A stretch of 7,983 nucleotides of DNA, taken from the IMG/VR virus record IMGVR_UViG_2529293249_000010; one strand, given 5' to 3'. Of the stretch, positions 1 to 6,105 are shown piece after piece; the first letter of the stretch is position 1, and every line of letters starts with the position of its first letter. The translations under genes were made by a program, and so were the position numbers. Source of the stretch: a virus. Its lineage: Duplodnaviria > Heunggongvirae > Uroviricota > Caudoviricetes. The notes under the pieces are model-generated. The model made no database searches, was not told the DNA's origin, and was given only the letters and a program-made list of their open reading frames with translations.

Positions 1-438
1 TCAAACGTCGCCAATCGCAGGAAAGACGTCTCTTTCAAGAGAGCGCCAGATATCTTCCGCATAGTCCTCTGTCACACTGGCTTTCTTCACATTCCACCAA
101 CGTTCAGCTACGAGTTGGAAAGTGTTGGTTTTGGCTTCCAGCGAACTGCGCAATTGTTCTTGCTGATGTTCCTGCGGATCGATCTGTTTAGCCAGTAGTG
201 AGCGGGACTCTGCACGGTAGTTTCTGGCATCGGCAAGGGTAACTGACGGGTAGGAGCCTATGCTCTTCTTTGCTCGTTTCTTGGTGACAGGGCGAATGTA
301 GCGAAACTGCCAGATTTTACTCCCGCTGGATTTAATGAGTAGCTCAAGGCCATCGCCATCATAGAGAACGTAGTCCGCCTCCTTGGGTTTGGCTGATTCT
401 ATTTCTTTAACGGATAGAGGTTTGGTTTGTCTTGCCAT
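1..438 (-). CDS. int: P4-type tyrosine integrase, N-terminal 145 aa only (gene continues beyond the window start)
   Basis: ORF open to the window edge, ATG at 438-436. N-terminus (LSVKEIESAKPKEADYVLYDGDGLELLIKSSGSKIWQFRY...SIGSYPSVTLADAR) has the signature of the arm-binding domain of P4/IntB-family integrases. Catalytic domain not visible in the window. Confidence 0.88.
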   Translation of the reverse strand: MARQTKPLSVKEIESAKPKEADYVLYDGDGLELLIKSSGSKIWQFRYIRPVTKKRAKKSIGSYPSVTLADARNYRAESRSLLAKQIDPQEHQQEQLRSSLEAKTNTFQLVAERWWNVKKASVTEDYAEDIWRSLERDVFPAIGDV

Positions 439-456
439 TGCCGGGTTTCCATAGTT

Positions 457-510
457 TTAGGCACCTCAAAAAACAATAAAGCTTTATGAGGTGCCTAACA
501 AGGTGCCTAA
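457..510 (-). promoter_or_regulatory. Candidate int promoter overlapped by a perfect 12-bp inverted repeat plus a third direct copy; possible Int operator / att-arm sites
   Basis: TTAGGCACCTCA (457-468) and its exact reverse complement TGAGGTGCCTAA (487-498) are separated by an 18-bp A/T-rich spacer; a third copy AGGTGCCTAA lies at 501-510. On the minus strand TTGTTA (496-501) - 17 bp - TATTGT (473-478) gives a sigma70-like promoter about 30 nt upstream of the int ATG. P4 int is reported to be autoregulated. Confidence 0.45.
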
Positions 511-563
511 AAGGATCGGATTTAATTAGTTTTCTTCGGACTTCGCGGGACAAATTGAGGGCA

Positions 564-597
564 CAAAAAAGCCCGCAGGGCTTGCGCCGTGCGGGCT
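564..597 (-). terminator. Putative rho-independent terminator (minus-strand orientation) between crr and int
   Basis: Stem AGCCCGCA (570-577) / TGCGGGCT (590-597) with a 12-nt loop; plus-strand A6 (565-570) gives a U-run immediately 3' of the stem on the minus-strand transcript. Confidence 0.4.
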
Positions 598-798
598 CTT
601 AGGACTTCATCGGATGACTCTGGTAATCACCGATGGAGAATTTTGGTGGGCTGGCGGAGTTTGAATAAATATTATATTGCTTTGATTTTTAACGATTTTG
701 TTTAATTCAGTTTTTGTGCGTATACCTAATTGTATACCAATGGCTGTAAGTTAATGTGAAATTAAAGCGCATTTTTACTTGGATTGATGCTATATCGT

Positions 799-1105
799 AC
801 AGGAAAAAAATTTTTTTTCGAAAGAACTGTTCACACTGTTCACCTTTCTTTTTTCTCCTTTTATTTCAGTATGATAGGTGGTGAATAATGGGTGAAGGGT
901 GAACATTCGATTCTTCACCTCCGGCATTCTGCTGGTGTGACTCATACCGGTGATTAATCCCCCGTACTGAAAATCACACAGGGAGAAAAAAGTTTTTTTT
1001 GATTTGATTGTTCACACTGTTCACCTTTCGTTTTTCTCTTTTAATTTCAGTGTGATAACGGGTGAATATACGGTGAAGGGTGAACAGTGGATTGTTCACC
1101 TTCGG
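799..1105. repeat. crr: crr (cis replication region): two ~125-bp direct repeats (about 799-924 and 978-1105, period ~181 bp), each with alpha-binding type-I iterons
   Basis: Near-identical units. Iterons TGTTCACA/TGTTCACC at 828-835, 837-844 and 1009-1016, 1018-1025; inverted GGTGAA(CA) copies at 881-905 and 1062-1087; TTCTTCACC at 911-919 and TGTTCACC at 1093-1100. Each unit is preceded by an A/T homopolymer run. The same octamer recurs in the ori cluster at 5834-5938. Confidence 0.85.
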
Positions 1106-1118
1106 GGGATTCAGGGAT

Positions 1119-1144
1119 AAAAAAAAGACCGGCAGATGCCGGTC
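1119..1144 (-). terminator. Rho-independent terminator of the left (alpha) operon
   Basis: Stem GACCGGC (1127-1133) / GCCGGTC (1138-1144), loop AGAT, followed on the minus-strand transcript by U8 (plus-strand A8 at 1119-1126); 17 nt downstream of the alpha stop codon (1163-1161). Confidence 0.6.
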
Positions 1145-1160
1145 AGATGAGTCATGAGGG

Positions 1161-3494
1161 TCAGGTTGTCGCAGGGTCGTCACATTTTGGCAGCCAGTCG
1201 CCGTAGCTTTCCTCTTTCAGCGTCAGGTTGGTCTGTATCCCCTGTTTGGTATGGCGCTTCTCGTAATTCAGTCCGTATTCCTTCAGCATCACCGGCAGCC
1301 CCAACCCGAACATTTTCAGACTGAGTACATTCCGGTAGCCGTTTGCCTCCATGTAGGCCAGATAGGCGTGATAGAGGTATTTACGGTAATTACGCGGGAT
1401 GATACTGGCGTTCCCCATATACATGCCGCTGGTCTGCGGCAGGGTTTCCAGATAGCCGATAAAATCAAACGTCGGGTCGGCATCCCGTTTGATGTTCAGC
1501 GCCTCGTCTGAGTTCTGCTGGGACTGAAGCAGTGACCGGGCGAGCATCGGGTCGCTGAATTTCTGCATCAGGTGACGCACGATGACCGCCAGCTCGCGGG
1601 TGATTTTGTCCTTAAGCTGCGGGTCGCGCTCCTGCGGGGCTATCTGTTCCGGGAAGTGAATAATCACCCGCCGGCGTGACACGCCGCCGCTGCGGTCGGT
1701 GAAGCGCATCGGGTTATTGTTCACGGCCAGAATTACCGCCGGGATATGCGTGGAGTATGCATCCCGGTATTTCGGGTCAACGGACACCGCATCGCCGCCG
1801 GTGATGGCCTTGAGTCCGGCACCGTCGCCGCTCCATTTTTCCTGGTCCGGCAGGCGTATCAGTGAGAAGCCAGTTAACGCGGCACGTTCACGCGGGGATT
1901 CCAGCGTCTCAATGGTGGCCGACGTGGCGTTATCCTCCCCGGCCAGCAGGGTGGCTATTTCGGCCATGATACTTTTGCCGCTGCCGCCGGGACCGGTCAC
2001 CTCCAGAAAGAGCTGCCAGTCGTAGCGGTTTGCCAGCACCATAAACAGTGCGGCCAGAATTACGTCGCGTTTTTCCGCACGACCACCGGCAGCACGGTCA
2101 AGCCAGCGCCAGAACGCGGGGGCGTGGGTTTCCAGCGTTTCCCCTTCCACCGGCGGGGTGAAATCCACATCGCACAGGGTACGCATCCAGTGTGACGGAC
2201 TGTGCGGGTGGAACGTGCCGTTCTGCGTGTCGAGCACGCCGTTACGAAAGCCAATCAGGCGGCGGGAGGGGGCTTCCTGCTGCGGAATAATCAGCTTCAG
2301 GGTGTCCACCACGGAGGCCACCTTCCCGGAGGAGAACGGCGCACGCAGACGCTGAAACAGCCCGGCCACATCCCGGGCAAAGTCCTGTGGCGGCAGCACC
2401 TTCCAGACACCATTTTCATAGCGGGACAGAAGCTGGCCGTTGGCATCGACCGCGAGCGCCTCGCCGTAATGCTCATAGATACGCATGGCCTTTTCGCTGG
2501 TACTCATGGCGGAAAACTCTGCTTCGCTCATGGTGTCGAACGGGCTTTCAGCCGGTGGCCGGATGGCATCATAAATGGCCTTACGGGTGGCCTCCCCGCC
2601 GTACTGCGTGAAGGCATCATTCCAGTCACCGAAGACCGGCGGCAGGGCAACAACACCTTCACACGCATCTGCGGCTGCGGCGGCTTTTTTCTGGCCGTCA
2701 CCGCTGAGGTCACGGTCTGCGGCAAGGACAATCTGACAGGCCGGATGCTTCTGCCGGGCAAGGCTGGCCAGAGAAAGGAGGTTCACGGAAGAAAGCGCCA
2801 CCATCACCGTTTCACCGGTCAGGTGATGTACGGTAAGTGCGGTCGCGTATCCCTCCGCTATCCACAGACGTTTTCCGGCCTGATTCTGTCCTTCAAGGGT
2901 GTGACAGGTGCCCCTGACCTGTCCGCCTTTCAGGGTGCGCTTACGGCCGTCAGCACTGATTAACTGAAGGTTAACCAGTTCGCCGCTGTCGTCATACAGT
3001 GGCACCACAAGGTCACCGGCACGCCAGCTCACGCCACCGGCTCTGTGTGTGCCGGTCAGCATCCGGCATTCCCGGCCGGGAAAGCCCTTGCGGGTCAGGT
3101 AGGCGTTACCGGTTCCGGGACGGGTTTTTGCCATCAGGGTTTGTGCCAGTGCGGCGGCGTTCTTCCGGGCAGCGTCTGTTTCAGCACCGGCGGCGGCCGT
3201 CACTGCCGGGTCAGCCGGGGGCAGGCTGCCGGTCACGGCAGCCACCTTTGCGGCCGCGTCGGACGGAGAGACACCAAACACCTTTTCAACCAGTTTCAGG
3301 CCGTCACCGGCACCACACTGATTGCAGTACCAGGTGCCGCGCCCCTCCCTGTCATCAAAACGGAAGCGGTCACTCCCGCCACAGACCGGACAGGGCTGAT
3401 GACGGTTTTTCAGCACCTGAATCCCCAGCGCCGGGAGAATACGCGGCCAGTGGCCGAGCGCATGGCTGACGGTGGCGGTTACGTTCATTTTCAT
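1161..3494 (-). CDS. alpha: Alpha: bifunctional DNA primase / helicase with C-terminal origin-binding domain (777 aa)
   Basis: 777-aa ORF, ATG at 3494 with GAAGGAG Shine-Dalgarno 8 nt upstream. N-terminal zinc ribbon CPVCGG...YCNQCG (residues 35-60); primase EGYATA motif (residues 214-219, nt 2838-2855); Walker A GPGGSGKS (nt 1971-1994). The iterons it should bind are present at crr and ori. Confidence 0.95.
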   Translation of the reverse strand: MKMNVTATVSHALGHWPRILPALGIQVLKNRHQPCPVCGGSDRFRFDDREGRGTWYCNQCGAGDGLKLVEKVFGVSPSDAAAKVAAVTGSLPPADPAVTAAAGAETDAARKNAAALAQTLMAKTRPGTGNAYLTRKGFPGRECRMLTGTHRAGGVSWRAGDLVVPLYDDSGELVNLQLISADGRKRTLKGGQVRGTCHTLEGQNQAGKRLWIAEGYATALTVHHLTGETVMVALSSVNLLSLASLARQKHPACQIVLAADRDLSGDGQKKAAAAADACEGVVALPPVFGDWNDAFTQYGGEATRKAIYDAIRPPAESPFDTMSEAEFSAMSTSEKAMRIYEHYGEALAVDANGQLLSRYENGVWKVLPPQDFARDVAGLFQRLRAPFSSGKVASVVDTLKLIIPQQEAPSRRLIGFRNGVLDTQNGTFHPHSPSHWMRTLCDVDFTPPVEGETLETHAPAFWRWLDRAAGGRAEKRDVILAALFMVLANRYDWQLFLEVTGPGGSGKSIMAEIATLLAGEDNATSATIETLESPRERAALTGFSLIRLPDQEKWSGDGAGLKAITGGDAVSVDPKYRDAYSTHIPAVILAVNNNPMRFTDRSGGVSRRRVIIHFPEQIAPQERDPQLKDKITRELAVIVRHLMQKFSDPMLARSLLQSQQNSDEALNIKRDADPTFDFIGYLETLPQTSGMYMGNASIIPRNYRKYLYHAYLAYMEANGYRNVLSLKMFGLGLPVMLKEYGLNYEKRHTKQGIQTNLTLKEESYGDWLPKCDDPATT

Positions 3495-3508
3495 GGTGTT
3501 GTTCTCCT

Positions 3509-3829
3509 TCAGTGCAGTACCGGCGCTTTTATGTGACGGGCACAGAGTTCATCCATCACAACCAGCCCGAGAAAGGACAGCGACGGCGCGGCCTTCAGGG
3601 GGCCGGATTCCATTAAATCTTCCAGCAGGGCACAGGCTATCTGACGCCCTTTTTCCTCACCGTGCTGGCGCAGATAAAAGCCTTCCAGCTCAGCGGCGAT
3701 GGCCGCCTCCAGTGATTCAAGGGTGAGATGCGGGTAGCGGTGCTGACGTTCGCACACGGTCAGCCAGGCACAGGCGACAGCGCGACGGTAAAGGGCTGCG
3801 CGTAAGACGGGCGGTAAGGGGGTTTTCAT
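3509..3829 (-). CDS. 106-aa conserved hypothetical protein of the left operon (position and length of P4 orf106); function unknown
   Basis: ATG at 3829 with GGAGG Shine-Dalgarno 7 nt upstream; TGA stop at 3511-3509 sits inside the alpha ribosome-binding site, 14 nt before the alpha ATG. No motif I can recognise. Confidence 0.75.
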
Positions 3830-3896
3830 TTGCTTTCCTCCCTGTGACAGATGACTGCATTCCGTGCCGGTTGCATTAACTGATAAGGCATATCTG

Positions 3897-3936
3897 CGTC
3901 TCCTGAAGACGTGCGTATCCCTGCGCGAATACGCAC
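3897..3936. other. Two adjacent hairpins in the 135-bp orf151-orf106 spacer (possible attenuator, processing site or antisense terminator)
   Basis: CGTCT (3897-3901) / AGACG (3907-3911) with a 5-nt loop; GTGCGTAT (3911-3918) / ATACGCAC (3929-3936) with a 10-nt loop. On the plus strand the second stem is followed by ATTTAATTTTT (3937-3947). This is the only sizeable non-coding gap in the otherwise coupled left operon. Confidence 0.4.
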
Positions 3937-3964
3937 ATTTAATTTTTCGGGTGTCGTTTTTTAA

Positions 3965-4420
3965 TTACAGATAATTGCGGTAACTGTTATCCGGGGTGAT
4001 TTCCGGGTCAGGCTCCGTGCGGGGAATTTCCCGCCATTCCCGCGCCACCGGTGCCGCCCGGCTGACCGGAACAGGGTCCTGCGGGTAAATATCCAGATAT
4101 TTCTCCCGCCATTTCTGTAATTCCGGGTCTCCGGCCATTTCTTTCAGTACCGCATGCCGGTTTACGGGGCTGCGTTTGAACAGGTCAGGACGGTCACAGG
4201 TAAATTCCCGCAGAAAACGCCCCAGCGGGATGTCTGTGGTGCGCCCGTCGGCGAGGATACGCACAAGGATACTGAATTTACGGCGGTACGGGTTCCAGAC
4301 AATTTCCGGGCAGCGGTACGGCATTTCCCACGGAATACCGTCTTCCAGAATGCCGACCACGGCCACATCGGGAAAACCGGCAGAACGGTAAATCTCACCG
4401 GGCTGGGGAAAATCAAACAT
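3965..4420 (-). CDS. 151-aa conserved hypothetical protein of the left operon (position and length of P4 orf151); function unknown
   Basis: ATG at 4420-4418; the upstream eps stop TGA (4415-4413) lies 2 nt inside this gene (ATGTTTGA), suggesting translational coupling. TAA stop at 3967-3965. Confidence 0.82.
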   Translation of the reverse strand: MFDFPQPGEIYRSAGFPDVAVVGILEDGIPWEMPYRCPEIVWNPYRRKFSILVRILADGRTTDIPLGRFLREFTCDRPDLFKRSPVNRHAVLKEMAGDPELQKWREKYLDIYPQDPVPVSRAAPVAREWREIPRTEPDPEITPDNSYRNYL

Positions 4421-4700
4421 GCGTCCTGTCTCCCCGGTCTTTCTGCTGGGCGAGAAAATCGCGGCACAGGCCTTTGGCTTTCAGCTCATTCAGCACAAAA
4501 TCAATATCTTCATTCAGGTAGCTGAAAATATGCGGAATGTAGAGCTGATGGAGGCCGGAGAGTTCACGGTGAATCAAATCACCCCCAACAAACTGGGATA
4601 CGGCGCTGGCGCGGTTGAGCTTATGGTAAGCCTCAATGCTGAGGTGTTCACGGGCGTCATGACGCGCTGAGACGGTCTGAGGGGCTTTTTTATTACGCAC
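4413..4700 (-). CDS. eps: Epsilon-like protein (95 aa, GTG start): candidate anti-repressor that derepresses the P2-type helper prophage
   Basis: No in-frame ATG exists downstream of the kil stop. GTG at 4700-4698 is preceded by GGAGG with a 6-nt spacer and gives exactly 95 codons; the kil stop TAA (4695-4693) lies 2 nt inside (GTGCGTAA). The coding-like region starts here, while the upstream part of the same frame is Cys/Pro/Trp-rich. Assignment to eps rests on position and recalled length. Confidence 0.68.
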   Translation of the reverse strand: MRNKKAPQTVSARHDAREHLSIEAYHKLNRASAVSQFVGGDLIHRELSGLHQLYIPHIFSYLNEDIDFVLNELKAKGLCRDFLAQQKDRGDRTHV

Positions 4701-4890
4701 GGGACACCTCCACCACCGGCAGACGGGCAGCAAGGGAGAGCACATAGTCACGGACAAGGGAACGGCGGGCGCTGCGTTCATCACCGGCGACGGTGCGAAG
4801 CATACAGATACGGGGATGACGGTCTGCGCGACGGACAGCCGCAAACACAAAGACAAATTCAGGGTGTGAGGGGGTAAGGGTCGTAGCCAT
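4693..4890 (-). CDS. kil: Kil (65 aa), first translated gene downstream of PLE; nested in-frame within eta
   Basis: ATG at 4890-4888 preceded by GGAGG (plus-strand CCTCC 4898-4902) with a 7-nt spacer; 65 codons; TAA at 4695-4693. The seqC element of the immunity leader (4899-4945) directly abuts this ribosome-binding site. Confidence 0.75.
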   Translation of the reverse strand: MATTLTPSHPEFVFVFAAVRRADRHPRICMLRTVAGDERSARRSLVRDYVLSLAARLPVVEVSRA

Positions 4891-5292
4891 AAGGCAACCT
4901 CCGATAACAGCGTAAATGACGCTATCGCCGGAGTTTCCACGCTCGATGGCGATAGCCCAGACGGGGGTGGAAATACCGGCGTTATCGGAAACCGGCCAGC
5001 CCGGAGGCTGCCCCGCCTGAGCTACCATTGACTCTGCGGTATAATGAGCGGACGCGGGCAGAATGCACGGAGTGCCATTTGCTCGACTGACCACACACCA
5101 CACCATAATCTGGCGCTCTGTGGCGTTGATTGCGACACAAAAAAAGACGCATGGCGCGTCATATGTCGCCGATAACATACTCGGGTTTCCACGCCCGGCT
5201 GCCGATTTTGCGGCAGCGGAAAAACTATATCCGCAAATGCCGGAAAAAGGCAAGCCAGAAAAAGGAAGTTTTTGCAGAACAGGCATCATCAT
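4693..5292 (-). CDS. eta: Eta (about 197-199 aa), long ORF beginning upstream of PLE and ending as kil; translated from PLL transcripts
   Basis: Same frame as kil, open back to ATGATGATG (5292-5284), giving 199/198/197 aa. The vis stop TGA (5291-5289) is embedded in the triple ATG. The frame continues upstream to an ATG at 5337 (214 aa) that lies inside vis. It runs through the whole immunity leader, so it can only be translated from PLL read-through RNA. Confidence 0.55.
   Translation of the reverse strand: MMMPVLQKLPFSGLPFSGICGYSFSAAAKSAAGRGNPSMLSATYDAPCVFFCVAINATERQIMVWCVVSRANGTPCILPASAHYTAESMVAQAGQPPGWPVSDNAGISTPVWAIAIERGNSGDSVIYAVIGGCLMATTLTPSHPEFVFVFAAVRRADRHPRICMLRTVAGDERSARRSLVRDYVLSLAARLPVVEVSRA
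4899..4945 (-). promoter_or_regulatory. seqC: target of CI RNA in the left-operon leader, abutting the kil ribosome-binding site
   Basis: The transcript-strand sequence carries GCGUGGAAAC...GUUAUCGG, as does seqA; both blocks are complementary to the seqB region (4966-4988). Position is immediately 5' of the kil Shine-Dalgarno. Confidence 0.5.
4950..5020 (-). ncRNA. cI: CI immunity RNA (seqB region); boundaries approximate
   Basis: The plus strand at 4966-4988 reads GTGGAAATACCGGCGTTATCGG, so the minus-strand transcript carries CCGAUAAC...UUUCCAC, complementary to the GUGGAAAC and GUUAUCGG blocks of seqA and seqC. The region is GC-rich with several internal inverted repeats (for example CCGG...CCGG). 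Exact processed ends cannot be read from sequence. Confidence 0.5.
5165..5204 (-). promoter_or_regulatory. seqA: CI RNA target at about +13 to +52 of the PLE transcript
   Basis: The transcript-strand sequence CGGCAGCCGGGCGUGGAAACCCGAGUAUGUUAUCGGCGAC shares the GUGGAAAC and GUUAUCGG blocks with seqC. Confidence 0.5.
5224..5253 (-). promoter_or_regulatory. PLE, sigma70-type promoter of the left operon / immunity transcript
   Basis: On the minus strand TTGCCT (5253-5248) - 18-bp spacer - TATAGT (5229-5224); predicted start near 5217, just upstream of seqA and about 35 bp downstream of the vis stop. Confidence 0.5.
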
Positions 5293-5555
5293 GCGTCGTA
5301 CCCCCGTTTGCGTCCGGCAATGCGCCCGGCCATCCATGCGGTGACTTCAGAGTGCAGCCAGGCCACATTTTTACCGCCAAGACTCACCTGCGGCGGAAAT
5401 TCCCCCTTACGGATGAGTTCGTAGATGGTCGAGCGTGACAGGCCGCACAGGTGCATCACTTCCGGCAGACGTAAAAAACGCTCCTGCGTGATGTCCGGCA
5501 GCGGCATCAGTGGCGTCACAGGGGCGGGAGACGGGGAAGAAAAAACAGCTTGCAT
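5289..5555 (-). CDS. vis: Vis: AlpA/Vis-family helix-turn-helix regulator and excision factor (88 aa)
   Basis: ATG at 5555-5553 with GAGG 7 nt upstream. Core motif [49 protein letters not shown] is typical of the AlpA/Vis/Xis-like family. It is the first gene after PLL. An internal ATG at codon 17 is an alternative start. Confidence 0.85.
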   Translation of the reverse strand: MQAVFSSPSPAPVTPLMPLPDITQERFLRLPEVMHLCGLSRSTIYELIRKGEFPPQVSLGGKNVAWLHSEVTAWMAGRIAGRKRGYDA

Positions 5556-5599
5556 CGGGCTACCTCGTTAATGTCCATACAGCACCGGATAAGTCCGTC

Positions 5600-5680
5600 C
5601 GGCTTCGGGTAGCGCTTTATTTTGTGAATATTTTCGGCAGACGCAACAGGGGGGATTTGTTCCGGCAGTCTTACAATGGC
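5600..5680 (-). promoter_or_regulatory. PLL late promoter region with a Delta/Ogr-type activator box TGT-N12-ACA
   Basis: Dyad TGTTCCGGCAGTCTTACA at 5658-5675, about 100 bp upstream of the vis ATG; a -55 placement would put the start near 5611. The -10 element is poor (AAAATA or TATTCA-like), as expected for an activator-dependent promoter. Confidence 0.42.
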
Positions 5681-5832
5681 TGTGTATTTTTTGTACATCA
5701 GCGCCAGATAGCTTTAAAACGCTCTGGAAGGAGCTGGAAAAAATTATAGTGAAATACAAATTGTTTTTTCTTATTTATTTCAGTGAATTAATAAAAATAA
5801 AAAGTAATAAACAGCACAAAAAGCCCATCAAC

Positions 5833-5938
5833 GGGTGAACAGTGGTGAACAGACGGTGAACAGTCATTACTGCGATTGTTCACCCTTTAACTTACTGTAT
5901 TACTTATCTTTTTTATTAAGGTGAACAGAGGTGAACAG
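5833..5938. other. ori: ori (origin of replication): cluster of six alpha-binding iterons flanked by A/T-rich DNA
   Basis: GGTGAACAG at 5834-5842, 5844-5852, 5855-5863, 5920-5928 and 5930-5938 (spaced 10-11 bp), plus inverted TGTTCACC at 5877-5884. Strongly A/T-rich flanks at 5760-5820 and 5886-5960. Same octamer as in crr, about 4.9 kb away. Confidence 0.82.
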
Positions 5939-6016
5939 TAAAATATAAAAAAACAAACAGTAAGCCGGTTTTTCCTGCGACCTTTTCCTGGCTTGCCGGT
6001 GTGAGGATGAGTCTCC

Positions 6017-6080
6017 TGTGTCAGGGCTGGCACATCTGCAATGCGTCGTGTTGTTGTCCGGTGTACGTCACAATTTTCTC
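6017..6080 (+). promoter_or_regulatory. Psid late promoter with a Delta/Ogr-type activator box TGT-N12-ACA
   Basis: Dyad TGTGTCAGGGCTGGCACA at 6017-6034; candidate -10 CACAAT at 6069-6074; sid Shine-Dalgarno GAGGAG at 6094-6099, 6 nt before the ATG. Confidence 0.48.
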
Positions 6081-6105
6081 AACCTGAAGTGACGAGGAGC
6101 CGAAA

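Noticed and set aside
799-1105. Possible CRISPR array or mobile-element inverted repeat
   Set aside because: There are only two long (~125 bp) units with internal iterons, no short regular repeat-spacer pattern and no cas genes. It fits a replication iteron module instead.
974-1183. 69-aa minus-strand ORF across crr repeat unit 2 and the alpha terminator
   Set aside because: It lies over iterons and homopolymer tracts, and has a low-complexity translation. crr is a non-coding cis element.
2202-2963. 253-aa plus-strand ORF (with several other plus-strand ORFs between 1251 and 3536) lying inside alpha
   Set aside because: All are antisense to the well-supported 777-aa alpha gene, GC-rich with Arg/Gly/His-heavy low-complexity translations and no ribosome-binding sites. 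They are typical antisense-frame artefacts.
4419-4670. 83-aa plus-strand ORF (and the 123-aa and 71-aa plus ORFs at 4154-4525)
   Set aside because: Antisense to eps/orf151, with no ribosome-binding site and translations that lack protein-like character.
4413-4940. 175-aa minus-strand ORF as drawn in the six-frame track
   Set aside because: Its upstream 80 codons overlap kil/eta in another frame, are Cys/Pro/Trp-rich and begin with an unsupported GTG. Only the 3' 95 codons (from GTG 4700 with GGAGG) behave like a gene, annotated here as eps.
5028-5045. Plus-strand TTGACT and perfect TATAAT hexamers inside the immunity leader
   Set aside because: The hexamers are separated by only 6 bp instead of 16-18, there is no extended -10 TG, and there is no plus-strand gene downstream. 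Probably coincidental.
5510-5759. Short ORFs (79, 60 and 63 aa) in the vis-PLL-ori interval
   Set aside because: They overlap the vis start and promoter/origin DNA, are A/T-rich low-complexity, and lack Shine-Dalgarno sequences.
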